From Pirellulales bacterium (GTDB taxonomy: Bacteria > Planctomycetota > Planctomycetia > Pirellulales > UBA1268), in the NCBI GenBank assembly GCA_044236455.1, contig JBIIGJ010000003.1, positions 1,806 to 65,805 on the forward strand: 64,000 bases of DNA. The letters are read 5' to 3'. The position numbers were made by a program, and so were the translations under genes. The notes beneath the pieces are model-generated. The model was not told where the DNA came from, made no database searches, and saw nothing but the letters and a program-made list of their open reading frames with translations. Below, piece after piece: positions 43,900 through 52,789 of this stretch (positions are counted from its first letter, which is position 1; the number at the start of each line of letters is the position of its first letter).

Positions 43900-45429
43900 A
43901 TGGCAAGCCACGACTCCTACCTTCTGCTCACCGGGGCGACCGGCCTGCTCGGCCGGTCGCTCCTTCGCGATCTCGCCGCCGCCGGCCGCCGCGTGGCCGT
44001 CATCGTCCGCGGCTCCAAGACCGCCGACGCCGCTGAACGCGTCGATGACCTGCTCGACGACTGGCGCGAGGTGGCCGGCGCGGACGTGCCCTGCCCGGTG
44101 GTTCTCGAGGGCGACCTTTCCGCGGATGGCCTCGGACTTGATCGTGAACAGCGGTCTTGGATCGCGAGGAACGTCGGCGAGGCGATCCATTCGGCGGCCA
44201 GCCTTTCGTTTCAGCTCCGCGAGTCCGACGGCGAGCCCTACACCAGCAACGTCACCGGCACCCGGAACATGCTGGCCCTGTGCCGCGATACTGGCATCCG
44301 CCGGCTGCACCATGTGTCGAGCGCTTATGTCTGTGGCCTCCGGCAGGGACGGATCCTGGAGAGCGAGCTCGACGTCGGCCAGACCCCCGGCAATGACTAT
44401 GAGCGGAGCAAGATCGTTTCGGAGGGGGAGGCCACCAGCGCCGACTTTCTCGACGTGTGCACCATCCACCGGCCCAGCATCATCGTCGGCGACCTCGTCA
44501 ACGGCTTCACGAACACGTTCCACGGGTTCTACAAGCCGCTGCGGATCGTGCAGCCGTTTGTCGAGGCGTTCGTCGGCGCGGAGCTCGAGCCGGGTTCGCT
44601 TCTGGAAGTGCTCGGCATGACGGGCAGCGAGTCCAAGAACCTCGTTCCGGTCGACTGGGTGTCGGCTGCGATGACGCGGATCATCCTCGACGAGTCGCTC
44701 CACGGTCGTACCTACCACTTCACGTCGGACACGCCGACGAGCGTCGGCACGCTCTGCAGCGTGTTCGAGGGACTGGTCGTGGAGATGGCCGCGGAACTGA
44801 AGCGGCAGCGGGAGACCCAGGCAGCGGCCGGCACCGCCCGTCCGAAGCCCGCGGCCGCCTTCGACCCGCTCACGCTCGGCAAGCTGTTTCTTGACCAGAT
44901 GCACGTCTACAAGGCCTACTGGCGAGACGATCCCCGGTTTGACGGCACGAACACGCAACTCGCCGTGCCGGGCCTGCCGGCGCCGGTGCTCGACGAGGAG
45001 ACGATCCGCCGTCTTTGCCGGTTCGCGATCGCGAACAACTTCCGCTGGCCACCGCCGGGCCGTGTGAAGCGGCAGTCGACTGCGAGGGCCTCGCTCGAAG
45101 GCCTGCTGGGCTCGGCCGCCTGGTCGGCGCCGCGTTCAGCATCCGCGATCGGCCTCGCGGCCACTGGAGCGGGTGGCGGACAGTGGACGATCGCGATCGA
45201 TAGTGGGCTGCCGGTTTCGCTCCATGTTGGCCTACCCGCGGCGTCGGTTCCGACGGTCTGGCTGGCCGCCGACACGCTGGAGCGATTGCTCGCCGGCGTC
45301 GTGACGGCTGGCGAACTGCGCGGCCGCGGCGAACTCGTCGTCGAGGCTGGCGACCCGGCGGGCCGTCGCCTAGCGGTCGACGTGATCGGTCGGCTCACCT
45401 CTCGGCCGGCGTCTCTCGCCAACGCCTAG
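43900..45429 (+). CDS. Stand-alone thioester reductase (NAD(P)-dependent, TIGR01746-like) with C-terminal SCP2-like extension
   Basis: The protein reads MASHDSYLLLTGATGLLGRSLLRDL (GxxGxxG), then ..IHSAASLSF.., ..HHVSSAYV.., and NDYERSKIVSE (YxxxK). The C-terminal ~110 aa (..GGQWTIAIDSG..VWLAADTLERLLAGVVTAGELRGRGELVVEAGDP) resemble SCP2 sterol-carrier modules. Confidence 0.8.
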   Translation: MASHDSYLLLTGATGLLGRSLLRDLAAAGRRVAVIVRGSKTADAAERVDDLLDDWREVAGADVPCPVVLEGDLSADGLGLDREQRSWIARNVGEAIHSAASLSFQLRESDGEPYTSNVTGTRNMLALCRDTGIRRLHHVSSAYVCGLRQGRILESELDVGQTPGNDYERSKIVSEGEATSADFLDVCTIHRPSIIVGDLVNGFTNTFHGFYKPLRIVQPFVEAFVGAELEPGSLLEVLGMTGSESKNLVPVDWVSAAMTRIILDESLHGRTYHFTSDTPTSVGTLCSVFEGLVVEMAAELKRQRETQAAAGTARPKPAAAFDPLTLGKLFLDQMHVYKAYWRDDPRFDGTNTQLAVPGLPAPVLDEETIRRLCRFAIANNFRWPPPGRVKRQSTARASLEGLLGSAAWSAPRSASAIGLAATGAGGGQWTIAIDSGLPVSLHVGLPAASVPTVWLAADTLERLLAGVVTAGELRGRGELVVEAGDPAGRRLAVDVIGRLTSRPASLANA

Positions 45430-45548
45430 CGCGGCTTGTTGGCCGCAACCAAAACGACAGTTCGGGGCTGTCCATGCTCCGTCGCCAGACGTTCGCTTCG
45501 CTCCTTCGCCCCGCAGCACGGTTCAAATGGACGCCGATTTCTGCCCGA

Positions 45549-46760
45549 TCAGCCCCGCCGGTCGATGACCAGCGGGTCGTGCGACCGGACATCGCCGATC
45601 CGCAGGGAGGCCTTCCCCGAGAGCAGGTCATCGACGAGCGATCCCACCACTTCCGCCCGCCAGCCCGAGGCCAGCAGCGGCGTCCGCTCGTCGTCGCCAT
45701 CCCAGTAGCCGAGCTTGTAGGCCAGCAGGTCACGCATGTCGGAGGAGGTGCCGACGAGCGCCGGTGCCAGGTGCATCTGCCGGCAGACGCCCGCTACCGC
45801 CGTCGCCAGAAACTGCCCGAGCACCGCAAGCTGAGGGGGCGGCGCCCGGTGCTTCTCGCCACCGGGGCACTCCTCATCGGGAAGTTCGAGGCCGCGTTGA
45901 ATCGCGTCCGACAAGCCGCGGAGGATGTGCCGTAGGTCCGAACGCTGCATGCCGCGGATGGCCGAGATCTGCCGCTCGTCGGCGCTCTTCCGCTTGCAGA
46001 GTTCCACGAGCAGGTCGTCGCGGAGCACCCGCTTGGGTGGCATGTCGCGGGATTCCGCCACGCTGTCGCGCCAGTGCCAGAGTTCGCGGGCGATCGCCAG
46101 CTCACGCCGCGACAGGCCGGAGAGGCCCGACACCCTGCGCCATCGCTTCCGCACGAACGACTCCTCCACCTCGTCCTGCCAGGACTGCATCTCGTCCTGC
46201 ATCCAGGCGGTCCGTCCCGACGTGGCGAGCTTCCCCTCCAGCTTCTTCCAGAGCTTTTCAAGGTGGCGAACGTCGTCGAGGGCGTATTCGAGCTGGGCCG
46301 GCGTGAGCGGTCGCTGCCGCCAGTCGGTCCGCGTCTCCCCCTTGTTGGTTGGCAGGTTCAAAAACCGCCGCACGATCGAGGCATAGCCGGCGGGGTAGTC
46401 GTGGTCGACAAGCCCCGAGGCCACCTGCACGTCGAAGAGCGACGACGGCCGGGCCTTGATGGCGTGCAGGATGAATCCCATCTCCTCGCGGCCCGCATGC
46501 ACGACCGTGGTGCGGCCGGGCTCGGTGAGCAGCCGCCAGAACGGATCCAGCTCACGCACCTTGAGCGTGTCGATCACCGCCAGCGTGCCGGGCGCCGCCA
46601 CCTGGATCAGGCAGAGCTGGCTTCGATAGGTGTGCTCCGAGACGAATTCCGTGTCGAAGGCGACGTGCGGATGCGCGGCCAGCCGGTCGACGAGGGCCCC
46701 GAGTTGCGACTCGGTCGTGACCAGATCGTAGGCGTCTTCGGAAGTGTGGGCTGGGGTCAC
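45549..46760 (-). CDS. rnd: Ribonuclease D
   Basis: The DEDDy exonuclease block reads ..HVAFDTEFVSEHTYRSQLCLIQV...HAGREEMGFIL...YALDDVRHL. An HRDC-like region follows (..ELAIARELWHWRDSVAESRDMPPKRVLRDDLLVELC..). Confidence 0.9.
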   Translation of the reverse strand: MTPAHTSEDAYDLVTTESQLGALVDRLAAHPHVAFDTEFVSEHTYRSQLCLIQVAAPGTLAVIDTLKVRELDPFWRLLTEPGRTTVVHAGREEMGFILHAIKARPSSLFDVQVASGLVDHDYPAGYASIVRRFLNLPTNKGETRTDWRQRPLTPAQLEYALDDVRHLEKLWKKLEGKLATSGRTAWMQDEMQSWQDEVEESFVRKRWRRVSGLSGLSRRELAIARELWHWRDSVAESRDMPPKRVLRDDLLVELCKRKSADERQISAIRGMQRSDLRHILRGLSDAIQRGLELPDEECPGGEKHRAPPPQLAVLGQFLATAVAGVCRQMHLAPALVGTSSDMRDLLAYKLGYWDGDDERTPLLASGWRAEVVGSLVDDLLSGKASLRIGDVRSHDPLVIDRRG

Positions 46761-46837
46761 GCGGTTGGATGCCGGGGTATGCGGACCGCCGGGCGGCAGG
46801 AAAGCCGTCGGCTGTTCAGAGGCAGTTCAGTGGCTGT

Positions 46838-48448
46838 TTACAGGAAGAGCAGGGAGACCAGGATGAAGACCGGGAGGAGAACACCGAAACTGTATACACA
46901 ATAGCCAAAGAAGCTCGGCATCTTCACACCAGATTGCTCGGCGATTGCCTTGACCATGAAGTTTGGGCCGTTGCCGATGTAGGTCATCGCCCCCAGGAAG
47001 ACCGCCCCCAGGCTGACGGCGGCCAGCCTCGCCACGTCCACGCCCGCCATGGTGGCGCCATCCGCGGGCAGCGCCTGGGCCGCCTTGAAGAAGACGAGAT
47101 AGGTCGGAGCGTTGTCGAGCACGCTGGAGAGGGCCCCGGTAGCCCAGAAGAACGCCCGCGGCGAATGGATTCCGAGAGCGGCGCCATGCTCGTGCAGAAG
47201 GGCCAATGCCGGCTGCATGCAGACAAAGATTCCCAGAAAGAGCGCGGCCACCTCCACGATCGCCCCATACGTGAAACCGTTGCGTTCGCGGATCTCCGCC
47301 GACCCGAGGACCAGCGACAGGGCCACCAGGGTCAGCAGCACTCCCTCGCGTAGAAATAGCCACGGGTGCCAGTCGGTGCCGGGCACGGCCTTGGCCGGAT
47401 CGAGCAGCGCCACTGCCGCGATGACGCCGGCCATCAGCAGGGCATTGGGCCAGAGGCCGCTCACCTTCAGGGGGCCGGCCATGCGGATGTCGCGTTGGAC
47501 GTCGCTGGCGCGTTCGTGCGGGTGGGCATAGAACGTGTCCCAGAGCCAGTAGATCACGAGCAACAGCCCGTTGGTGACCAGCCACGGCTTCCAGAGCGAC
47601 AAGGTCCACAGGAAGTCGACCCCTTCCAGATAGCCCAGGAAGAGCGGCGGATCGCCGATGGGCAGCAGGCAGCCGCCACAGTTGCAGACCAGGAAGATGA
47701 AGAACACGACCGTGTGGGCCACGATCCGTCGCTCGCGGTTGGTCTCCAGGAGCGGCCGCACCAGCAGCATTGCAGCGCCGGTCGTGCCGATGAAGCTCGC
47801 CGCGAGGGCCCCGATCCCCAGGAACGCCGTGTTGACGGTGGGCGTGGCCTCCAGATCACCCTCGATCCGCACGCCGCCGGTGATGCAATAGAGGGCGAAG
47901 AGCAGCACGATGAACGGCACGTATTCCGCAAGCATCGCGTTGGTGAGGATGGCGCCGGCCACGCCCCACGACGGCCCGGCCGCGGCCGGTGGCACGAGAC
48001 CATGCGTCGGGAAATGAAGGTCGACCGGATGCCGGTGCATGAATGCGTAGTAGGCGAGCGTGAGCAGCGCGAGCCCGCCGGCCACGAGCAGCTTGCTGGA
48101 GTTGTGTTCCCACCAGTGCGACAGGTGCGACGTGAGCGGGAGAATCGCGATGGCTGCCAGCAGCACCGCGAACGGCAGCACGGTGAGCGGTGGCGGAGAG
48201 GTACTGACGCCAGCATGGGCGTCGGGGGCGTGCCCGTGGCCGGCGTCGTGCGCGGTGTCATGGCCGTCATCATGGGCCACGGCGCCGTGGGCGGCTTGTG
48301 CCCGCACCAACAAATCACGACCATGTTGCGGCCAGCCGAAGACGGCTGCGGCGGCATAGGCCGCCAGCACGAGCGCGATGCCCGCCACGGTCCGCGACGA
48401 GGCGGATGACACCGTTCCGGTGGGGTGCGAAGGTGTTGAGTCATGCAT
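46838..48448 (-). CDS. ArsB/NhaD/CitMHS-superfamily ion transporter (sodium:proton antiporter-like)
   Basis: The protein is 536 aa and polytopic (more than 10 TM helices). It carries ..LPFAVLLAAIAILPL..HWWEHNSSKLLVAGGLALLTLAYY.. and ..GNGPNFMVKAIAE... The N-terminal loop is His/Asp-rich (HGAVAHDDGHDTAHDAGHGHAPDAH). The family assignment rests on pattern only. Confidence 0.75.
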   Translation of the reverse strand: MHDSTPSHPTGTVSSASSRTVAGIALVLAAYAAAAVFGWPQHGRDLLVRAQAAHGAVAHDDGHDTAHDAGHGHAPDAHAGVSTSPPPLTVLPFAVLLAAIAILPLTSHLSHWWEHNSSKLLVAGGLALLTLAYYAFMHRHPVDLHFPTHGLVPPAAAGPSWGVAGAILTNAMLAEYVPFIVLLFALYCITGGVRIEGDLEATPTVNTAFLGIGALAASFIGTTGAAMLLVRPLLETNRERRIVAHTVVFFIFLVCNCGGCLLPIGDPPLFLGYLEGVDFLWTLSLWKPWLVTNGLLLVIYWLWDTFYAHPHERASDVQRDIRMAGPLKVSGLWPNALLMAGVIAAVALLDPAKAVPGTDWHPWLFLREGVLLTLVALSLVLGSAEIRERNGFTYGAIVEVAALFLGIFVCMQPALALLHEHGAALGIHSPRAFFWATGALSSVLDNAPTYLVFFKAAQALPADGATMAGVDVARLAAVSLGAVFLGAMTYIGNGPNFMVKAIAEQSGVKMPSFFGYCVYSFGVLLPVFILVSLLFL

Positions 48449-48518
48449 GATGTAGAACTATCTCCAGCGGTATCCGCCGCGAGAATGGTATGAAACTGGC
48501 TTCGATCGTGAAAGCACA

Positions 48519-49109
48519 ATGACGAGCCACCGTGGTGAAACCAGCGAGATATGGCTGCGGGGCAATCTCCGCCCCGTGGCGTGGCTGGCGGCCGTGGCGA
48601 CCGTCGTGGCAGGCGGGCTCGTCGCGGCGGCGACCCTGCGGGCGTCGTCGCTCCCGTACTTCCTGCTGGTGGCGGCGCCATTCGGTGGCATGGCAGCCGG
48701 TATCATCGGCACGCTGGCATCCGCCGCAGCGCGGCCGAGGCTCCAGCGAGTGGGCGGCTGCCTGCGGGTCAGGCTGTCGCCGACGACCGTTCATGACGTG
48801 CCGCTCGACATGGTGGAGTGTTTCTTCCAGGGGTCCAATCCGATCGCCCGCAACGGCGAACCGACCTGCGGCGACCACGCGGCGTTTCGGGTGAACACAC
48901 TGGTGATGCGGTTGGCGGAACGCGCCGCGGAGATGTCGACGCGGCCGACGTTCACTCCCTGGGGCACCTGGGATGATGGCTACATCGTGTTCGACGGACG
49001 CTGGTGCGAGCCGCTGTCGGCGGAGCTTGCCCGCTCCCTGAGCCGGCGGCTGCTCGATGCCAAGCGGTCGCTGTCCGAGGCAACGCCGGCGGCCGGAGGA
49101 GGGCCGTGA
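48519..49109 (+). CDS. Hypothetical membrane protein (2 N-terminal TM helices plus a soluble domain)
   Basis: After the ATG at 48519 come the TM segments PVAWLAAVATVVAGGLVAAA and YFLLVAAPFGGMAAGIIGTLA. The stop overlaps the GTG start of the next gene (GTGA). Confidence 0.6.
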   Translation: MTSHRGETSEIWLRGNLRPVAWLAAVATVVAGGLVAAATLRASSLPYFLLVAAPFGGMAAGIIGTLASAAARPRLQRVGGCLRVRLSPTTVHDVPLDMVECFFQGSNPIARNGEPTCGDHAAFRVNTLVMRLAERAAEMSTRPTFTPWGTWDDGYIVFDGRWCEPLSAELARSLSRRLLDAKRSLSEATPAAGGGP

Positions 49110-49879
49110 ACTGGCGGGGGCTGCTCGTGAGCGTGCGGAATGCCGCCGAGGCGGCCGAGGCACTCGACGGCGGCGCCGCGATCATCGACGTCAAGGAGCC
49201 GCGTCATGGTTCCTTGGGGCCGGCGGAACCGGAGACAATCGCCGCCGTCGCGCGAGTGGTGGGCACCCGGCGACCGTGGACAATGGCCTGCGGCGAGCTT
49301 GGCGGGCCCGCCAGGGACGGGCAGGGCACGAACGGCGACACGCGGCTCGAGCCGGTCGCCGCGCTGATTGGCGACCGCCTGTCTCGCGTTGCCACGTTGC
49401 TGGGGGAGGCCTCCCTGCCACCCGCTGCGGTGAAGATCGGTCTGGCGGGCGCAGTGGGGACGGACTGGCGGCGGCGGCTGTTGGCGGTGTTCGAGTCGTT
49501 GCCAGCCGCGAGCGAACGCGTCGCGGTGGCCTATGCCGACTGGCAGCGGGCTGCGGCGCCGCCACCCGAGGAGGTGATCGCGGCGGCGGCCGAGCTCAAC
49601 TGTCCTACCCTTTTGATCGACACGTTCGACAAATCCGCAGGAGGTCTGTTCGACTGCTGTCAGCCGGGAATGCCGGCGGCCTGGGTGGCGGCAGCCCGCG
49701 ACGCACGCCTGCAGGTGGTGCTGGCAGGGAGGATCACCACGGCGGAAATTCCTGCAGCGTGGGCCCTCCGTCCCGACGTGGTCGCGTTGCGGTCGGCTGT
49801 ATGCTTCAATGGCCGGGATGGCGTGGTGCAGGCTGGGCTTGTCCGCCATGCCGTCCGCCTCAGCGACAGCCAAACCTGA
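49106..49879 (+). CDS. (5-formylfuran-3-yl)methyl phosphate synthase family protein (MfnB/DUF556-like)
   Basis: I infer a GTG start at 49106. NWRGLLVSVRNAAEAAEALDGGAAIIDVKEPRHGSLG.., ..VKIGLAG.., ..LLIDTFDKSAGGLFD.., ..VVLAGRI.. and ..VALRSAVC.. track M. jannaschii MfnB as I recall it (LLVSP..EA..GGADIIDVKNP..GSLG, KVGL, LDTAVKDGKTLFD, LAGS, GVRGAAC). Confidence 0.75.
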   Translation: MNWRGLLVSVRNAAEAAEALDGGAAIIDVKEPRHGSLGPAEPETIAAVARVVGTRRPWTMACGELGGPARDGQGTNGDTRLEPVAALIGDRLSRVATLLGEASLPPAAVKIGLAGAVGTDWRRRLLAVFESLPAASERVAVAYADWQRAAAPPPEEVIAAAAELNCPTLLIDTFDKSAGGLFDCCQPGMPAAWVAAARDARLQVVLAGRITTAEIPAAWALRPDVVALRSAVCFNGRDGVVQAGLVRHAVRLSDSQT

Positions 49880-49944
49880 AGTCGCCTTACGCCGGTGTTG
49901 AGGCTTGTCATCCCAACGTTACCCATGCATGCAGGAGAACGGTT

Positions 49945-50262
49945 TTGAAATCGATCGAAGTACGTGTGCCACACTCACTCGAGCGGGATGAAGTCCGCCG
50001 CCGGTTGGATCGTGCGCTGGTGACGGCGCGGCAGGAATATACCGCCATGGTGGGAGATATCGACGCATCGTGGGAGGGGGATGACCGCCTCCGCGTCCTG
50101 CTCTCCGTCAGCGGCATGAAGTTCGACGGCACGGTCGACATCCTCGTCGAGGAACTCGTCGTCGCCCTGCAGGTGCCGGGCATGGCGGCCCTGTTTTCCC
50201 GCCGTATCCAGGAGGGGATCGAGGAACGTCTGGGAGGATTGATCGGGTCGCAACAGGCGTAG
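49945..50262 (+). CDS. Polyhydroxyalkanoic-acid-system-family small protein (TIGR02610-like pattern)
   Basis: The TTG start at 49945 lies 6 nt after AGGAGA. The 105-aa protein reads (M)KSIEVRVPHSLERDEVRRRLDRAL...ASWEGDDRLRVLLSVSGMKFDGTVDI...IQEGIEERLGGL. Confidence 0.55.
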   Translation: MKSIEVRVPHSLERDEVRRRLDRALVTARQEYTAMVGDIDASWEGDDRLRVLLSVSGMKFDGTVDILVEELVVALQVPGMAALFSRRIQEGIEERLGGLIGSQQA

Positions 50263-50377
50263 GGCTGACGCAGTCTCTCCTGTTGCTTCTCTCCGGCACC
50301 GGTGTCGGTGGTCGATTGAATCCGGTCAGTGGCTTCCTCCGGACGGTTTCCGTGGGAGTGGATGAAAGATCGGCACG

Positions 50378-51487
50378 ATGAACGTCATGCAGTCCATGAC
50401 CACAGCACGTCGCCTCCTCGGCATTGCCCTGGGGATGGTTTTCATTGCTGCCCTCGGCCTGCCGGCATTGGCCACGCTGATGCAGGAAGACGATCCGTTT
50501 GCCGACGAACTCAACCCGTTCGGCACCGGGAAATCAACGCCCCGCGGGGCGGTCCCGCCCCGCGCGGAACCACTTCCGGAGCCGGCCCGCCCCGCGACCA
50601 CGCCCCAGCCGAAACTGCCGGTTCCCTTTCCTGAAACGATGGTTCCGGAGGAGCCGGCGAATCGCCCGCAGCGCGGTCTTGGTCGGCAGGACCGGCCCTC
50701 TTCCCGCGAGCGGGAGCCGGGCTTCCGCGCCCCCGGCGGGTCGCGCGCTCGAGCGTTTGGTTTCGACGATTCCGACAACGAGCCGGAGCGGACTCCGTCG
50801 GAGGCCGAGAACAAACTCGCCGAGGCGGATCGTCTCGAACGGCAGGGGAAGCTGGAAGAGGCCCGCGACGTGCTTCGTGATGCGGTGAAACTCGACCCCG
50901 CGCTGATGATGGGGCATCTGGCGATGGGAGTGGTGCTGCGGCAGTTGGGTGATTTCAGGGGCTCGGTGGACGCCTGCTCGAAGGGGATCGAGGTCGATCC
51001 GCAGGAGCCGGAGTTGTATCTGCGGCGGGGCATCGCCTGGTATCACCTGGGCCTGTACGGCATCGCCCTGGAAGACTTCGAGGAGGCGGCGGGGATGTCC
51101 TACGACGATCCGCGGCCTGAACTCTGGCGAGGGCTGACGCTCACCGAACTCGACCGGCCGTTGGAGGCGATCAACGCCTATGCGTCGGCCATCCGCCGCG
51201 ACCGCACTTGCATGCTGGCGTATCTCAACCGTGGGCTTGCCTATCTGTCCACTGACGAGCCCCGCAAGGCGGAGTTCGACTTCAATCAGGCGATCCGACA
51301 AAAGCCGAAGGATGCCCGCGCCTGGTCCAACCGGGGCGCGGCCCAAGCACGGCAGGGGCGGTATCACGAGGCGATCGAATCCTACGAGACCGCGCTGGAG
51401 ATCAGCCCAGATGACAAGGCTACGAGGCGGAATCTCGAGGCCGCCCGCCGTATGGCAGGCCAGGAATCGGTGACGCGCAGCCGGTAG
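50378..51487 (+). CDS. Secreted/anchored TPR-repeat protein
   Basis: The signal/anchor is MNVMQSMTTARRLLGIALGMVFIAALGLPALA, followed by a Pro/Arg/Glu-rich linker. At least 6 TPR units follow (..LEEARDVLRDAVKLDP.., ..AWYHLGLYGIALEDFEEA.., ..NRGLAYLSTDEPRKAEFDFNQAIRQKP.., ..GRYHEAIESYETALEISP..). Confidence 0.85.
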   Translation: MNVMQSMTTARRLLGIALGMVFIAALGLPALATLMQEDDPFADELNPFGTGKSTPRGAVPPRAEPLPEPARPATTPQPKLPVPFPETMVPEEPANRPQRGLGRQDRPSSREREPGFRAPGGSRARAFGFDDSDNEPERTPSEAENKLAEADRLERQGKLEEARDVLRDAVKLDPALMMGHLAMGVVLRQLGDFRGSVDACSKGIEVDPQEPELYLRRGIAWYHLGLYGIALEDFEEAAGMSYDDPRPELWRGLTLTELDRPLEAINAYASAIRRDRTCMLAYLNRGLAYLSTDEPRKAEFDFNQAIRQKPKDARAWSNRGAAQARQGRYHEAIESYETALEISPDDKATRRNLEAARRMAGQESVTRSR

Positions 51488-51497
51488 GGGCACGTTG

Positions 51498-51576
51498 TCC
51501 CGTCGCTTCCGCTCCGGGCTTGGTTACGGCGGTTACGTATCGTTTGCCAACAAGCCCCCGGCGGAAGCCGGGGGAC
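51498..51576. repeat. Copy 3 (shorter, 79 bp) of the TIR/hairpin element
   Basis: The sequence is TCCCGTCGCTTCCGCTCCGGGCTTGGTTACGG...CAAGCCCCCGGCGGAAGCCGGGGGAC. The hairpin is CCCCCGGC-GGAA-GCCGGGGG (51555-51574), with a second, independent compensatory pair change. It lies 10 nt after the TPR gene stop (51487) and 34 nt beyond the convergent gene stop (51611). Confidence 0.8.
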
Positions 51577-51610
51577 GGGCCGTCCACCGGGCGGGGTCGA
51601 TCGCTTCCCC

Positions 51611-52750
51611 TCAGGGTTTTGGCACGGCGAAGACTCGCAGCGTGCCGTTGTTGATCGTCCAGTCAAGTGCCAGCGGGTCGAGGATGTTGTCGAGCAGTTG
51701 GTCGCGAGACGCATCCTTGACGGACGCCCGCACGATCTCTGTCTGGGCGATACCGGCACGTTTGAGCGACTCCCGATCGAGATCGAGCGTCAGGCCCAGC
51801 CGTACGGCGATCGCCGCGAGCAACTCCTCCAGCGGTGCCGCGACCTTCAGTGAGAACGTGTGCTGGTCCGCGGCTGGCGTCGGCTTGGGAGAGGGTCGGC
51901 GGCCCGGCAGCTTGGCGGCGGTGGTCTCTCCTCCGCGTGTGGCGGGCGGAAGCCCGGCATCGATGGCGATGATCATGCCAGTGGCAATGGGAGAGGACTG
52001 GCCACCCGCCTTCGCCGGAGCGGCCTGCCAGTCGACCCGGAGATCGAATGCCGCGAGCAGCAGGTCGAGCCGTTCGGCCAGCGTCATCTCGGGCAATGAC
52101 ATCGCGGGGAGGTGATCGTGCGGCACCGTGTCGATGCCGGTGACGGCGATGCCCGCCTGTGCGGTGGTGGCTGCCAGGAGATCGCGGGGGCGGGCTCCAG
52201 CGGGCCACGACAACAGCCGCGCCGTGTTGAGCACGGCTCGCTGGCGGGGAGGCAGCGAGGCCACCTGTGACTGGCGGGCTGCTTCGGCGCGGATGACGAT
52301 GGCCGCCTCGCCACGAGGCACGATCCGGATCGATGACTTGAGCACCGCCACCTCACCGCCAGCGATCGTGGCACCACGCTCGAGCACGTCGAGCAGTGGT
52401 TCGCCCCGGCATTCGAGCCGGATGGCGGTGTCGGGATCGAGCCGGCGATCGACCAGCACAGGCAGGCCTGCCGTTTCGCTCACGCGGCCCGCCCACTCCC
52501 GCAGTCCGATGCCGCTCCAGGTTGCCGTGATGGGGGCGTCGAGTTCCGCCGCGGCGGCCGGGCACGCATCTCCGACGATCCCCCAGATGATGCCTGCGAC
52601 CGTCGCGATCAGGCCGTAGCAACAGCGGCGCGCCGCGGTGCAGGCAGACGGGAACGCCTGGAGTGCAGTAGGCTCAGGCCCGCACCGGGATGAAACGGGC
52701 AGTGGCACAGGAACGCTCCGGGGAAACACTGCGGTGATGCTGCGGAGCAT
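51611..52750 (-). CDS. Hypothetical membrane-anchored protein with two STN/secretin-N-like beta-alpha modules (pattern only)
   Basis: Only the C-terminal 379 aa of ORF 51611..54595 are retained. The start is MLRSITAV.. (complement of 52748-52750). The TM segment is CCYGLIATVAGIIWGIV. Repeated modules are ..LREWAGRVSETAGLPVLVDRRLDPDTAIRLECRGEPLLDVLE.. and ..LEELLAAIAVRLGLTLDLDRESL..DQLLDNILDPLALDWTINNGTLRVF. The upstream part of the ORF is antisense to glpD. Confidence 0.6.
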   Translation of the reverse strand: MLRSITAVFPRSVPVPLPVSSRCGPEPTALQAFPSACTAARRCCYGLIATVAGIIWGIVGDACPAAAAELDAPITATWSGIGLREWAGRVSETAGLPVLVDRRLDPDTAIRLECRGEPLLDVLERGATIAGGEVAVLKSSIRIVPRGEAAIVIRAEAARQSQVASLPPRQRAVLNTARLLSWPAGARPRDLLAATTAQAGIAVTGIDTVPHDHLPAMSLPEMTLAERLDLLLAAFDLRVDWQAAPAKAGGQSSPIATGMIIAIDAGLPPATRGGETTAAKLPGRRPSPKPTPAADQHTFSLKVAAPLEELLAAIAVRLGLTLDLDRESLKRAGIAQTEIVRASVKDASRDQLLDNILDPLALDWTINNGTLRVFAVPKP

Positions 52751-52789
52751 ACCGTCATCCGCGGGGGCGATGACAGACGACAATGGCGG

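Noticed and set aside
46827-48681. Alternative-frame ORFs over the transporter gene (46827..47609 -, 47366..48409 +, 47554..48681 -).
   Set aside because: Only the 46838..48448 frame yields repeated hydrophobic TM helices. The others are Arg/Gly/Pro-rich.
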